Source of the DNA: Neophaeotheca triangularis
Taxonomy: Eukaryota
NCBI GenBank assembly: GCA_054600435.1
Contig: BAAIJX010000012.1
Coordinates: forward strand, 248,001 to 312,000
Reading direction: 5' to 3'
Length of the DNA stretch: 64,000 nucleotides
The first letter of the stretch is position 1. Every line of letters begins with the position of its first letter. Position numbers and translations under genes: made by a program. Under the pieces are notes generated by a model. That model was given only the letters and a program-made list of their open reading frames with translations. It did no database searches and had not been told where the DNA came from. Below are positions 23,497 to 35,676 of this stretch, piece by piece.

Positions 23497-23908
23497 ATTG
23501 GCTGTTTGTGAAGCTACCTGTTACTGTAAGCTTGAGTAGGAAGAAGCGGCAAGGTGATGAGCGGAAACACACGCGTGGCAAGCAGGTTTTATCGCGGCAA
23601 TGGGTATCTCAATGAGTACTATGTATGGGTAAAGCGAGCAGAGAATAGAGGTGGCGTCGTCGATGGCTGAGGTCGCTAGCAGACAGGGCAGAAGGCACAG
23701 CAAATAGCTACTGTATACTGCAATCAAGCTCAAGCTCAAGCTCGTGGCGCGGTCAGTCGAATAAGGCGAGGTAAAGGTGAAGGAGCAGAAGAAAGCGTGA
23801 TGATGAGACGAGAAGAGTCTGGCAAGTTTGGTGGAAGGAATGGAAGGGTAGAAGTTCAAGAGCAAGCTGGCCGTGGCTCTTGCTTTTTAGCGAAATTGGC
23901 AGGCAAAT

Positions 23909-23938
23909 TATATATACGTATATATATATATATATATA
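23909..23938. repeat. (TA)n microsatellite, interrupted
   Basis: tatatatacgtatatatatatatatatata is visible directly. Confidence 0.85.
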
Positions 23939-25601
23939 TTTCCCAATACCAATACTCAGGTCCGGCGGCGGCATTATTGAAACACCACCCCCATAATCTT
24001 CCAACGACTCGTCCAGAACACTGCTCCCCCGTTGGTCGGAGCTTGCCTTGTTGACATGTTAGTACGTACTACTGTACTACTCCCAAGGCCCAACAGGAGA
24101 CAGGTAATAATAATAAATACCAAATAAATAAATAACAGGAGAAGATCAAGTCGACAAGACGACCGACCAAAGACAGTGAGTGGAGGCAGGCCAGCCGACC
24201 ACACATGTTACATAAGTACAGTATCGATCGACATGTACAACAAGCTGACCAAGCGAAACCGACAAGGAAGAGGCACAGGTGATGGAGGGCGGCCAAGCCA
24301 CACGACTGGAGCGGAAAGCAACAAGTACTGTAACCACTGCTGCAAAACAAGTCAGACGTCTGGCTCAGCATTCAAGGAGGAGGTGGTGAGAAAACAATCG
24401 ACGTTTTATTAATGAATAGAGCCGCCGCGTTGAGTATGAAACGACTTCAGGGAGAGTTCCCTAGTTAGTACTAGTAGTACCAGCTGGGTATACTGCCGTA
24501 TACTTCTCGGTATCGCCCCGTAGCGCTCTCGCCTGAGTCGCGTCTCGCACAGAGCACATGTTTCCGAACCCGCCGAGCCTGAGGTGTCTGGTGTGACCCT
24601 GACCCACTGCTCGAGCCTCCGAGATTATTGGCCAAGAGCTCTGCCTTGCGTGTGCGACCTACGGTGCTACCTTAATTTACCACCTAGGTATACCTCCATA
24701 CAAGTAGTAAGTACCTACCTAGTACTAAGTAGTAACTCTTACATACCCCTTCTACCGCCGTTCCCGCCTCCTTCTCCTCCTCCTTCTCCGGTGCTCCCTA
24801 GAGACTAGGATAGTAGTCTAGTACCTTGGCGTTGCCGAAGCTCCATGTCTGAGCGTCGGGTGACTGACGTGAGGTGTGTGAGACCCGGGCTGTCTTCACG
24901 TTTCGAAACCCGCTTGAGACTTCCTCATCAATCACTCACTTCACCTCTGACTCTGGGACATGTTGAGTTAGTGTAGGGAGAAAGTGTAACGGTAGCCACC
25001 GGACGGGACTCTTCTTCGTATCAAGGTAACTAGTAATATTGACCGTACGTAACCACCCAAGGCATCTTCAGCAATTGCTTTGGGAGTCAAAAAGACCCAA
25101 CACCTCCATACATGTAATTCAAGGAATATTCACACCAGTACTCAGACATGTGAACCACTGTCGCGTGACAAGCAGAGAATCCAATGTGCAGCCACTTATC
25201 AAGCTGCTATGTAACGGTATCTAGTCCAAGTACCCCAAGTATCGACACTACCAAGCCTCAATTCGACACCATGAACACTTAAAATTGCATTGCAAGCAAC
25301 CATTCTTCAGACGGTCGACCGCGAAGAAGTACGCCTGTGCGCCATGCTATGCTCGATGGAACGCTGCTCAGCATTCCGCTTCCTAGCGCCAGTCAAAAGC
25401 TCATCCCAATCCCCCTTCTCCTTGGGCGCAGAATCCATAGCACTAGCACCAAGCCCCGTATGCCGTTTCCGCGGCACCCCAAAACCCATCGGACCCGCTC
25501 CCATGCCCTTCCAGACCCCCTCGTTGCGCACAGCCATGCGCTGCATCCCCGCGGCCAGCGAGACCGTCGAGGACGCGGCTGAGGAGGGTTTCAAAAGGGA
25601 C

Positions 25602-25628
25602 GAAGCAGAAGCAGAAGCAGAAGCAGAA
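25602..25628. repeat. (GAAGCA)4 hexamer repeat
   Basis: Visible directly downstream of the VPS26 stop. Reads SASASAS in the VPS26 frame. Confidence 0.85.
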
Positions 25629-25681
25629 GAAGAAACACCATAAACACCTTCATTACGCCCTCGTAGCTCGTTAGCGTCTTC

Positions 25682-26679
25682 TCAGCTCATCTGCACCTCT
25701 TTGGCCTGCCGCGTCGCGAGCTCGTTGTCCTCGGGCGCTTGCCGATAGAGAACGATTTCGCTCTGCTTGAAGTAGCGGCGGGCGTCTTCGTCAATGAGGA
25801 CAAGCGAGAGGTAGTAGCGTGTGCTGAATTTCTTGTTCACATCGCGGAATGTCGGTGTGAGGTCGAACCCCCCGAGGAAAAGGCGAATGGGTATTGTTTC
25901 GCCGCGCGAGGGCGAGCCGTCCATGATCTCGAAGCGCACGAGAGTCTCCGATTCGTTATATTGGTTTGGCGGAGCACCTGTCGTTTCGCGTCGGATGATT
26001 GACAGCTCCATGTGTCTAATCTTGAGCCGCACGAGCAGGAAGTAGATGCGGCCGACTATGACGTCTTTCAAATGATACTTGCTCTTGCTGTACTCGAACT
26101 CAATGTGTAGGCAGTCTTCAATACCAACGTCCATCTTGATGACGCTGTTGGACTCGGGCGGTTGGCGGTAGCTGTAGACCCAGATATCCTTCTCGCGAAC
26201 GACATCGGCCATACGGCGAGAGACGGTGACGCGGAGGAAGTATCGCAGCTTGACGTTGATGCCATGGTAGGACTCGTAGGCTTTCTCGACGTTCTTGAAA
26301 GCAAAAGGGAGGGTGACGGGGTGCTGCAGCTCGCCCGGAGACGCAAGCTCGGTCTGCAATGATAAGAACTCGTGGTGTGTCCCGCGGTCGAAGAACATCT
26401 CTGCCATGCCACTAGGTCAGTGATGGAGCTTCCTGCAACGTGATGCTGTCCCGGTTTACCTATTGTGCCCACGAATTGCACCTTGATGCCCGTGTGCTCC
26501 AGCCTCTTGCCATCTTTGGGACGGATAGTCACGGCTCCTCTCACACTCTCGCCATCGAGGTAGAGGGGCGCCTTTTCCCGCCTGTTCTTGTCGAGCTTCA
26601 CGTCTACCGTCTGCCTGTCGTCGGTGTCTTGGAGAACAATGTCGATGTCCAGAGGCGTGCTGAACGAGAAGAGAGACAT
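25682..26679 (-). CDS. VPS26: Retromer subunit Vps26
   Basis: KRLEHTGIKVQFVGTIE, IKMDVGIEDCLHIEFEYSKSKYHLKDVIVGRIYFLLVR and EIMDGSPSRGETIPIRLFL. Intron 26401-26459. Confidence 0.96.
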
Positions 26680-27084
26680 GTTGGCGGTGATTCGAGCTGT
26701 TCAGAGCCTACTGCGCCTGCAAATCAGGCTCACAGATGGTGCAAAGGTGAGTTTCGATTGGATACAAGAGTTGTACTGGGTAACAGCCTGGCTGTTTGGG
26801 GGTGGTCAAGGCATTGGCTTCAGCGTGGGCCGAACTTACACGTGATTGGTCGGAAGGGCACTCCGCCAGTGTATGGACGCCGGCCAGACCGCGATGAAGT
26901 CGTTGCATCCATGCATGGTACCAGATTCTCTGCATCACGAGCAAAGATGTAGTCTGGCTCACCACAGCAGCTCGAATGATTTAAATTCTATACAGGTCAA
27001 AAGCAATTTATTGAAAGACCCACCAACGCCCCCGCTCACTTGAAGTACGCTCACCACAGCCTCCCAAACACCCCGTCCATTCCA

Positions 27085-30000
27085 TCAACTAGCAGTAATC
27101 AAAACATAACTAGTGATAGCATTCATCCTCTCCGCACTCAACTTCATGCCCACCTTCAACAACTCCTTAGCAACCTCGCCATCGTTCTCCTGTAGCTCTT
27201 CCCACTTTGCCTTCGTCAACAACCAAGCCACAACCTCCTTCTCCGCGACAACTTTACTCGTTCGCCGCGTCTCACTGAAGAACGGCAGTTCACCGCAAGT
27301 AGTACCAGAGACGATACTCTCGTGATAAGCACCCTGATCGAGATCGTATTCAGCGCGCAGCATGCCTGATTGCAGGAGGTAAAAGCCGTCGGGCTCGTCG
27401 CCACGGGAGTAGAGCGTCTCGCCCGCTGTGTAGCAGGCTTTGGTGAAATAAGGAGTGAGTCGGAACCAGAAATCTTCATTTTTGTTGGTGAGGTCCTGGA
27501 AAGCCTGGAGAAGGAGGGGGAGGGGCTGTTTGAAATTCTGCCATTTGCTCTGCTCGGAGGCTCCGGCCTCGGTGATGGTGGTGGCAGCGGCTTGATGAAG
27601 GAAGTTGCGGCGAGGTGAACCGACTGAGCCGTGGAAGGGGGAAACGGACAGGTTTTGGGGTTGCTGTGGTTGGGGCACTGGAACCGGGGGAGATTCTTCA
27701 CCTTTTGAGCCAGGGGCTTGCTTTTCGTTAAGGATGACGAGAAGATCGTTCTCGCAGGCTTCGAGTGCGCCATTGAGGTCTTCGTATAGCTCCGGGGCAG
27801 GGAGCTCAGTACTTTCGTCTGGTTCGAAAAGACCAACCATTTGCAAGCTCCTGCCAACGTCGTCGTAGAGTGAGACGCCAGCTAAGACCATCGTCACGCC
27901 TCGTCTGTCCAATATACGATTCATCCGCGTGAAGGCTTCTGCAGCTGAAAAGTCCAGACCGGTGACGTGCGAAAAATCTACAATTAAGAATCGAATCGGC
28001 TCCTTGGCAAAGCGTTCCTCCTCGATAGTTGCTCGCACCTTCTTCTCAACCTTGACGATACTACCAAAGAAAAGATAGCCTCCAAGCTTGACGATCCGGA
28101 TTTGCTTGCCAACTTTGTGCAAGTAGTTGCGTTGGCGAGGGTGACGGCGGACAGTGGACTCGGCCACTTCTCCAGAAAACTCGGCACGAATGACGGTCTT
28201 GCGAGATGTCTGGACAACGTAGACAAGGCATGCCAGCCCAATGCCCACCGCAATGCCCACGACAAAGTCGTAGATGCCCATGACCAAGGCGATGGTGAAA
28301 ATGGTGAAATACTCTAAGCGGCCTAGTTTGCCCCAAGTCGAGTATAATGCTTCGTTGGCAAGGTCAATACCAAGGTAGTAGATAAGCGTGCCAACCACCA
28401 TCACAGGCACATAGCCTATCACGATGGGACCAGCTACCCAAAGTCCGAAAGTAGCAGCTGCGAGAAGGAAGCCCGCCAGTCTACTGTTGCCACCGGTATC
28501 GATGAACAGGGCGCTGTTAACGAAGACCAGGTAGTTTTGAATACTACCCACGCATCCAGAGAGGGTATTAGACACGCCATGGAGAAGTAGTTCGCGGTTG
28601 ATGCTGACATTGTCCTCTTGTACCACCATGGCCAGATTGGGAACGTTAATTGGAACATGCAGGATGCCGAAGAATGTTAGAGCCAGCTGGGAGGGTACTG
28701 TCATCCAGATGGCACTCCAGTCGACTAAGCTGAACTTGTAGTAGCTGTAGAAGTTGTAGAAAGGTACTCCAGCCGCTGGAGCCTCGAAGACCCATCCCAG
28801 GTCTCGCAAATCTTCCATCTTAAGAGCAGGTACAGCAGTTACAACGATGTAAAAGATGGCTGTAATGCCCACGTAGTAAGCTGGTACGAGCCATGGTCGA
28901 TCGTAGTAGCTCTTAATGACCATTAGTAGAACGGCCATGCCGAGAGGAGGTATCCAAAGCGGTGCGGTCTCCTTAGTAAAGAGTCTGTGGAAGACCTCGG
29001 CAGTGAATTCAAAGTTCCCTGGTAAGCGCGCAGAAACTTCGATCCCAGTCAGAAAGAGGAAAATGCCGACTCCTCCGATACAGCCGGTCAGGATCGAGTG
29101 AGGAAAGAAGTTGACAAGCGTCCCAAGTTTCGCGCTACCAAGTCCGAAGAAGACAAGTCCAGTGAGTATGGAGCTCATAGAGTAAGACGTGATCACCGTG
29201 GCTCGAAGCGCATCTGGATTTCCAGTGCCCATTCTCTGCATCACCATGTACTAGCGTTGACCGTCAGCAAGTCACGAAACGCGCTGCATGAGGGGCAGTG
29301 TGGACACTTACTGTCATCTTGTGGAAGAAAGGAACCACCTCTATCATCTCTGAGCCAACACCACCTCGAAAAATGCTGCCGCTGGAGTACACCAGCTGGG
29401 CTATTATACAACTGACGTAGAACATCGAGACCCCGTCTGGCCCCATCTGCGAGAATACTTCTTCGCCGAGAGGAAACAGTATGATGCCGTATGACAGTGC
29501 ATCGAGGAGATTGAGCAAAAGACCGAGGAACACAGCAGGTAAGGTTCTTGCTGGCTCGACAAGACCCTTTCGCACAATGTGCTGCACATTCCAATGTCTG
29601 GGGTTGGCAACATGCTTGGCTCTTGCTGCTGCCTTGTGAAGTGACGGATACGAGCGATTGATCGAATCCATAGCTCCAGGCTTATGCAATGGTTGCGCCT
29701 CGACGTCCTGCGCAACCTGTTCGCGAATTGGTTTGCGGTGAGACGACGTCAATCGCTCTCTCACCAACAAAGGACTGGCCTCGCTAGGTCCGTCTGCATC
29801 GTCTGTATCCTCGTTGCTAACGACGACGTCAGGCAGGTTGTGTCGAGTACTTGGCCGTCGGCGTGAATGTGAATGACTTTCCCCACTATCCGGCAAAGGA
29901 GGGGAAGATTTGAAGAGCTCACTCAGATTTGAAGGGGGTGCTGGATGTGCTTGAGTGCCATCAGGGGTGACGGGCTCTGAGCGTTCCTCAATGTCACTGT

Positions 30001-30451
30001 GGCGCCGGGGGGCTGGTCGTGGCTTTGGTTCCAGAAATGCGCTTTCTCGATTCTCGGGAGACTGACGGTCGACAAAGTCCTCCATGTTCGAATCTCCACT
30101 TACAAAAGACTCTGATAGCGCCTCGGTCTGATCCCGCAGCCCCGCGGAAGAGTAATGAGCTGAATCTGCGGAAGGGTTAGCTTGGCTTTGCCCGAACGCG
30201 GCGCATGCTGTATTACCTGGCTTGCCATGGCCAGCATGGTGAATGTAAGACCTGCTCGGGAGGCTGTAGGAAGATGAAAGGCCGGCAGCAGTGACGGAGG
30301 TATTGGAATGAGCTCTGATAGCCCTTGGCTTGCTCAAGCGCCTCCCAGAACCAACTGCCCCGCCATCCGCGGTATGGTATTCATCGTTGGCGAGTTGCGA
30401 TTGCTGAGACACGGATGAGGTCCTTCGCTTCTTGAAAAACCGCCCAGACAT
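27085..30451 (-). CDS. SulP/SLC26-type transporter with STAS and cNMP-binding domains (Vsb1/YGR125W-like)
   Basis: PAVFLGLLLNLLDALSYG, GSEMIEVVPFFH, FFGILHVPINVP and GSIQNYLV. STAS region GYLFFGSI...DFSHVTGLDFSAAEAF. cNMP-like GTTCGELPFFSETRR. Introns 29251-29311 and probably 30166-30216. ATG at 30451. Confidence 0.9.
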
Positions 30452-33125
30452 TTGCTCGAAAGGGCGGCAAACTTCAGACCCAACCTCCGGAGAAAACGGA
30501 GACACAGCTTAGCGTTGCGAAATTATTGGTAGGAAAAGGCCGCTCAAGGGTTAAGAAATTAGCCTCTACAAGGTGTCGCGTGTTTGTGGATGCCGGCGGT
30601 ACACTATCCCTCAAACTACACCGATGACGAGATCAGGAGTAGTGTTTCGGGAGACTCCGAGTAATTGTAAAAGCCCCAAAAACCCTGCTGGAGGCGATAT
30701 GAAGGATTTCCAGGCGAGCTCCTGGTGTGGTGATGAAAGTCTCGAGGGCGTAGTCGAGGAGAGCAAAGGGGATAAAAGATGCTTAGAGAAAGGCGTTGCT
30801 CGTGAAGAGAGCACACCAGCAGACGGCGAGATAGCACTGAGCAGGAGGTGTCGTGAAAGTTTGCCCTTGTCGTCGGCATGCTGAACCGGCCCGCAGGGAA
30901 GGTGTGCGCGCCGCGGAATTACCGAACAACACCTGCACTGTTCAAGAATTCCATTGGTACCTAATCCTACCTCCGTACGACCACTCGATCTGAGATCACA
31001 TATCCTCGCTAAGTGGTCAAGTTCTTGTGCGTCGCTATCCATCAGTCTACGAATGGCTGGCGAATAATTGCGCTGAAAAAGGAGTCAGACGACGTTCAAA
31101 CCAAGCCGCAATCTTCAACTGACTGACGCGGGCCCGTTGAGCGACTCCACAAGCTTGAAGGCACGGCAAGCGTCACACTGATAAGCTGATACAACGATGC
31201 AGCAAATGTCATACCGGTGTCCGTGGCAAAATATTTGTCTGAAGAGATGCCCAGATGCCTTGGGAAGGAGTCTGATGCGACTATCCAGGCCACGGTGTTG
31301 TTCTCTACGGTTTGTTGACCCATTCCTCGTAACTAGAGCCTACTCGGCTCTACATTCGCATCTTCCAGCATACGACAAGCGTATAGCTTCCTCCACTGCT
31401 AGACCAAGGTGTACAGAAGCATCGCCGCCTCATGATCCGCCGTGAACGAAGTCTGTAGTGAAGATTCCACATTCCACGAGGAACTACGAGATGGCAGGCG
31501 TTATAGCACCTTACTAACGACGCCAATTACTAGACCGCCTAGTCTGCTGGTGTTGAGCCTACTGCGGACCTCGAACTTTCCGATAGTCGAGTCTGAGACA
31601 TACTTCGGTATCTCGACGTCGAAGATATTGCCGGATTCGTCTGCTTCGAGGGAAGTGGCGGGTGCTAATGGTGGTCTCAACAGACCCGTGCGGTTAGATG
31701 CCTCGATTTGAGAGCCCTCTCTAGGGAAGTTAAGCAGCTAGGTTGTCTACGTCGTAGTGTTTTGGCGATGTTCGCGGGGCGTCCTCCCAGGATGCATTGA
31801 TTGCTAGACGTTAGGGGGTACAAGCATTCCATCTACGCTCACGTCTCGAAAGTCACTCGCTACCTTTCGAGGTTGTGCTACTGCTTCTTGGTCGGGGAAG
31901 AACCACGACAAGTTATTGGATTGTCGATTTGAGTCCAGTTGAGGTTACCCGTTGGCTGTGCTCTTTGCAGGACGTGTATGGCGATGAATTGCGTTTTCTC
32001 GTGCACTTCATCTTGCACCAGTCTTCACAGTAGCGAGGACACTATATGAGAGAGAAACAAGAAAACAGCTGTGAAATAAGAAGTACAGCCGCGATGACCA
32101 CTTTCGCTATCTATTGTGCAAACTATGTGTTACCAGACTCACACTCACTTTTTGACCTGACTATCACGACATTGAACGTAGCGAATACAAGAGTGTCGTG
32201 AAGGTGGAAGTTGGGCCCTGCGCTACGGTAGATTTGGTTCATCGGAGAACGTGCGACTGGCCTTCGCCTTCTCATCAGGTGGTGAAGTGGAGTAGGAGGC
32301 GTGTTTGAGTTCCAAGCGCAGGGAAGTACATCATGCAGGGATGCCGCTCCAAGGTTCTCGAATGAGACGGACCGGGGATAATACCCATGGAACGTTAATG
32401 GAAACACGTGGGAGCAGATGGCTTGATCGAATGTGACAGCAACCCAACTTTGAATTGACCTCATCCCTCTGACGCTGACGACGTCGAATCTGTTGCATCT
32501 GTCTGCCTATGCCGTGTAGGCTGTAACGCAAACATCTTCATGTCCCCGTCATCCACATGTCCCTCGCACGTGAGCCTTAGAGGGGCGACGACGGGATTAT
32601 TATTGCCAATTGGTCTCCACAGTACGGGGACGTAACCCAAATTAAGAACACGGCCCTGCCAAGCCAAACAACAGCTTCTTCACCCTTTAGTAGGTACATG
32701 GTTATTATTATTTCCTACTACCTACATACCTACATGTAGGTACTACCAACACCACACTTCGGCAGTAGTGGTACGCCTCCTTCTGTGTAGTAGTGTGGCA
32801 AAAGGCTAGGCCTTGCAAAAGTACACTTTATCCAGCACCTGACAGTCGCTTTCTGTCGTCCGCTCGTTTAACCGGGTCACCAACATCCAACCCCCCATCG
32901 ACGCAGCTTCGCGCCCAGGACAGCATCCTCCAAACAAGCACTGCAGCGGCAAGCAGCTGCAACACAGCCCCGACGGCACCCACACACATTACTACTCCCT
33001 CGGTCAATCTCCAGCTTATGCACAGCAACGTCGACCATCTTTTGACACCCCAAGGACTCTACTTCATCCAATTCGCCATAACAACCGCATGGTTTGGCTA
33101 AAGCAAACAGCATCACCACAAAATC

Positions 33126-35619
33126 ATGGCCCACAAGCCAACACACCTGGACCTCCGTAACGATGATCGACCCCTGCCGCCCCGATCCCCTAGGGGAGGG
33201 GCCCATCTAGATCTCCCGTCACCGCGCGCAGGTGAGGTTCCTCCAGCACTATCACCGCTTGATGCCTTTGCACTGCGTTCACGCATGCTGGCCCAGCAGT
33301 TCGAGGAGAGCGAGAAGAATGGCAGGAGGATCAGCAGACTGCCGTTTAGCACGGTAGAGCGGGAAATGGCGAATCGACCGGGATACTTTAGGAGCTTCAG
33401 CGAGAATAGCGAGGCGAGTGAGGCTTCCGAGACACCCAAACCGGAAGAGCCTAGCAACCATGGACAAATGGGTGGAGACGAAGACAAGGATCGACCTGTC
33501 AGCTATTACCCAACGTTTGACTTTGCGAGGCAGGACAACACAATCACTCCCCTCTCGCCAGCAAGAGAGGAAGATGAGATGGAGGAGCAGCCGGCGAGGC
33601 AGTCTGAAGATTATTTTGGCGCACCAAGGGCGAGCTCTCCCGAGCCTGTGGATCCCAAGAGCATTGGCGTGGGTCTGCCTTCGCCGAATGTGCCGAGTCT
33701 GACCGGCAGTATGGATTCGATGCCCTCGTCCCATCCAAGGACGTTGACAAACGGATCTACCCAGTCGCAGCGGTCTGAAAGAGGACTACTTGCGCCCAAG
33801 TCACCAGCCTACCCGAGATCCCCTCGCAGTTTCCAAAGCATTCGATCGGTAAGACAAGATAGTGGGGATGAAGATTCCAACTGGAATCCCCCTCCAGTCT
33901 TACCTTCCGGAGCTCGCAAGTTTTCCGGCAGCAGTAATATTTCGAGGCCACAATCTCCCTACTCAACCTTTACGCAACCCGTACAGCGCTCACCGTCCGT
34001 GACGTCTGAAGAGAACTCAATCAATGGCTCGCAGACGTTGCAAAGGCCAGCATTCAACTTCTCCCGGCCATTGAGTAGTGCTGGCAATAGACCATCTAAC
34101 GACACACGGCCGTCATTTGACGCACGACCTTCGTTCGATAGTCGGCGACCGTCACATGATTCTAGAGACCGGTACCCCTCGAATGCCACCAATACTACAT
34201 ATCCGTCAACAGCTTCAATTCCTCCCTCGAGGCAAGGCTCGGGCGAAGAGGTACCCAGGCTAGCTACATCGAACCTTCAGAGAAGCGAGACCATGGCGAG
34301 CGACTCGACTGCGGACGAAACGCGAAATCCCGCACCTACATACACTCATACTAAATTCACACTCCCTCGTGGTCGCGCGCTCGACCGCAACTCCGTCAAC
34401 GCTAGTTCGTGGATCGAACACCAATTCGAGAAAGCCGGGCAGGACCCATTGATAGCGTCAAACCAAAAGCCTCCACCCGTCAAACGCCACGACACTGATG
34501 ACAGCCTTCGCTCCCTCCCCGCGCGGCCAGCCTCGCCAGCAACGTCCGTAAAAGCCGCCCACGATACCGCCCGTCTCGGCCGCGAACGAGGCATTTCCTC
34601 AGCCACCCGCAGCAGGAGCGCCGACCCACGCGGCAGCAGCACTCACGCAACCCAGCTCCCCAACTTCCCCTCTACCCACAAACAACCCGAACACAAGAAA
34701 TCGACCCCCTCGATCCAAACCGCCAGCACCGACCGCACCATCCGTCCCTCCAACAACAAAGTCCCTTTACACGCCCGCTCGGCCTCCGCAGACCTCTCTC
34801 CCGAAGAGCACCTCGAAATCGGCATCGCGAGCCACACGGCCGGCAACGTGACCAAGTCCACCTATCACCTCCGCCTCGCAGCCCGCGCCGGCCTACCCAC
34901 AGCCATGCTCCTCTACGCTCTCGCCTGCCGACACGGCTGGGGCATGCGGCCGAACCAAGAAGAAGGCGTGCTCTGGCTACGCCGCGCAATCGACAGCAGC
35001 GGCCTGGAAGACCGCGCGGTGGAGGCGACTCTGCAGAACGTGGCGCTCGAGCGGCAAGCCGGGGACGTGCTGGCCGCGGACAAGGAGAAGCGAGAGCGCA
35101 AAGCTTCCATGGCGCTGGCGGTTTACGAGTTAGGGATCAGTTATATGAATGGCTGGGGTTGTGGCAAGGATCGCAGCTTGGCGTTGAGGTGTTTTGAGCT
35201 TGCCGGGAGTTGGGGAGATTGCGATGCCCTGGCCGAGGCTGGGTTTTGCTATGTGCAGGGGCTCGGGTGTAGGGTTGATAAGAAGAAGGCGGCAGGCTTT
35301 TATCGGAGGGCTGCTGAGGGGGGGATGAGTATGGCGGGGAACAGTTGGTGAGTTTTGCCTCCTTTGATGATGCAACATTGGGTTTTGTGGTGGTGACGTG
35401 GTGGCTTACAACAATGCCCTTCTTCTCTCTAGGATCTACAAACCAAAATACATGGACGACGCCAATGCTTCGACCGCCTCTTCAAAGAAAAGCAAGGATA
35501 AGAGCGACAAGATCAAACAGTCGTCAAACGAAAGCGCGGCCGCGAGTGGGCAGAAGACTCCCGGCAGATCGAGAGCCAGGAGCTTGTGGAGCCGGAAAAA
35601 AAGCAGCGCCGTTGATTAA
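33126..35619 (+). CDS. Sel1-repeat protein (Nif1/Dsf2-like cell-cycle regulator)
   Basis: N-terminal PPALSPLDAFA. C-terminal STYHLRLAA...MLLYALACRHGWG...YELGISYMNGWG...WGDCDALAEAGFCY. Intron 35348-35432 gives GNSW|IYKPKYM. Confidence 0.87.
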
Positions 35620-35634
35620 GCGGAGCACCATTGA

Positions 35635-35676
35635 AGGAGAGGAGAGGAGAGGAGAGAAGAGAAGAGAAGAGAAGAG
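35635..35676. repeat. (GAGGA)n/(GAAGA)n polypurine pentamer tract
   Basis: Visible directly after the Sel1-protein stop. Confidence 0.75.

Noticed and set aside
25630..25696. Intron removing the VPS26 stop (GTGCAG...GCTAAC...AG)
   Set aside because: The donor is weak, the acceptors are GAG or AAG, and the 37- or 49-nt lengths would not join the downstream open frame.
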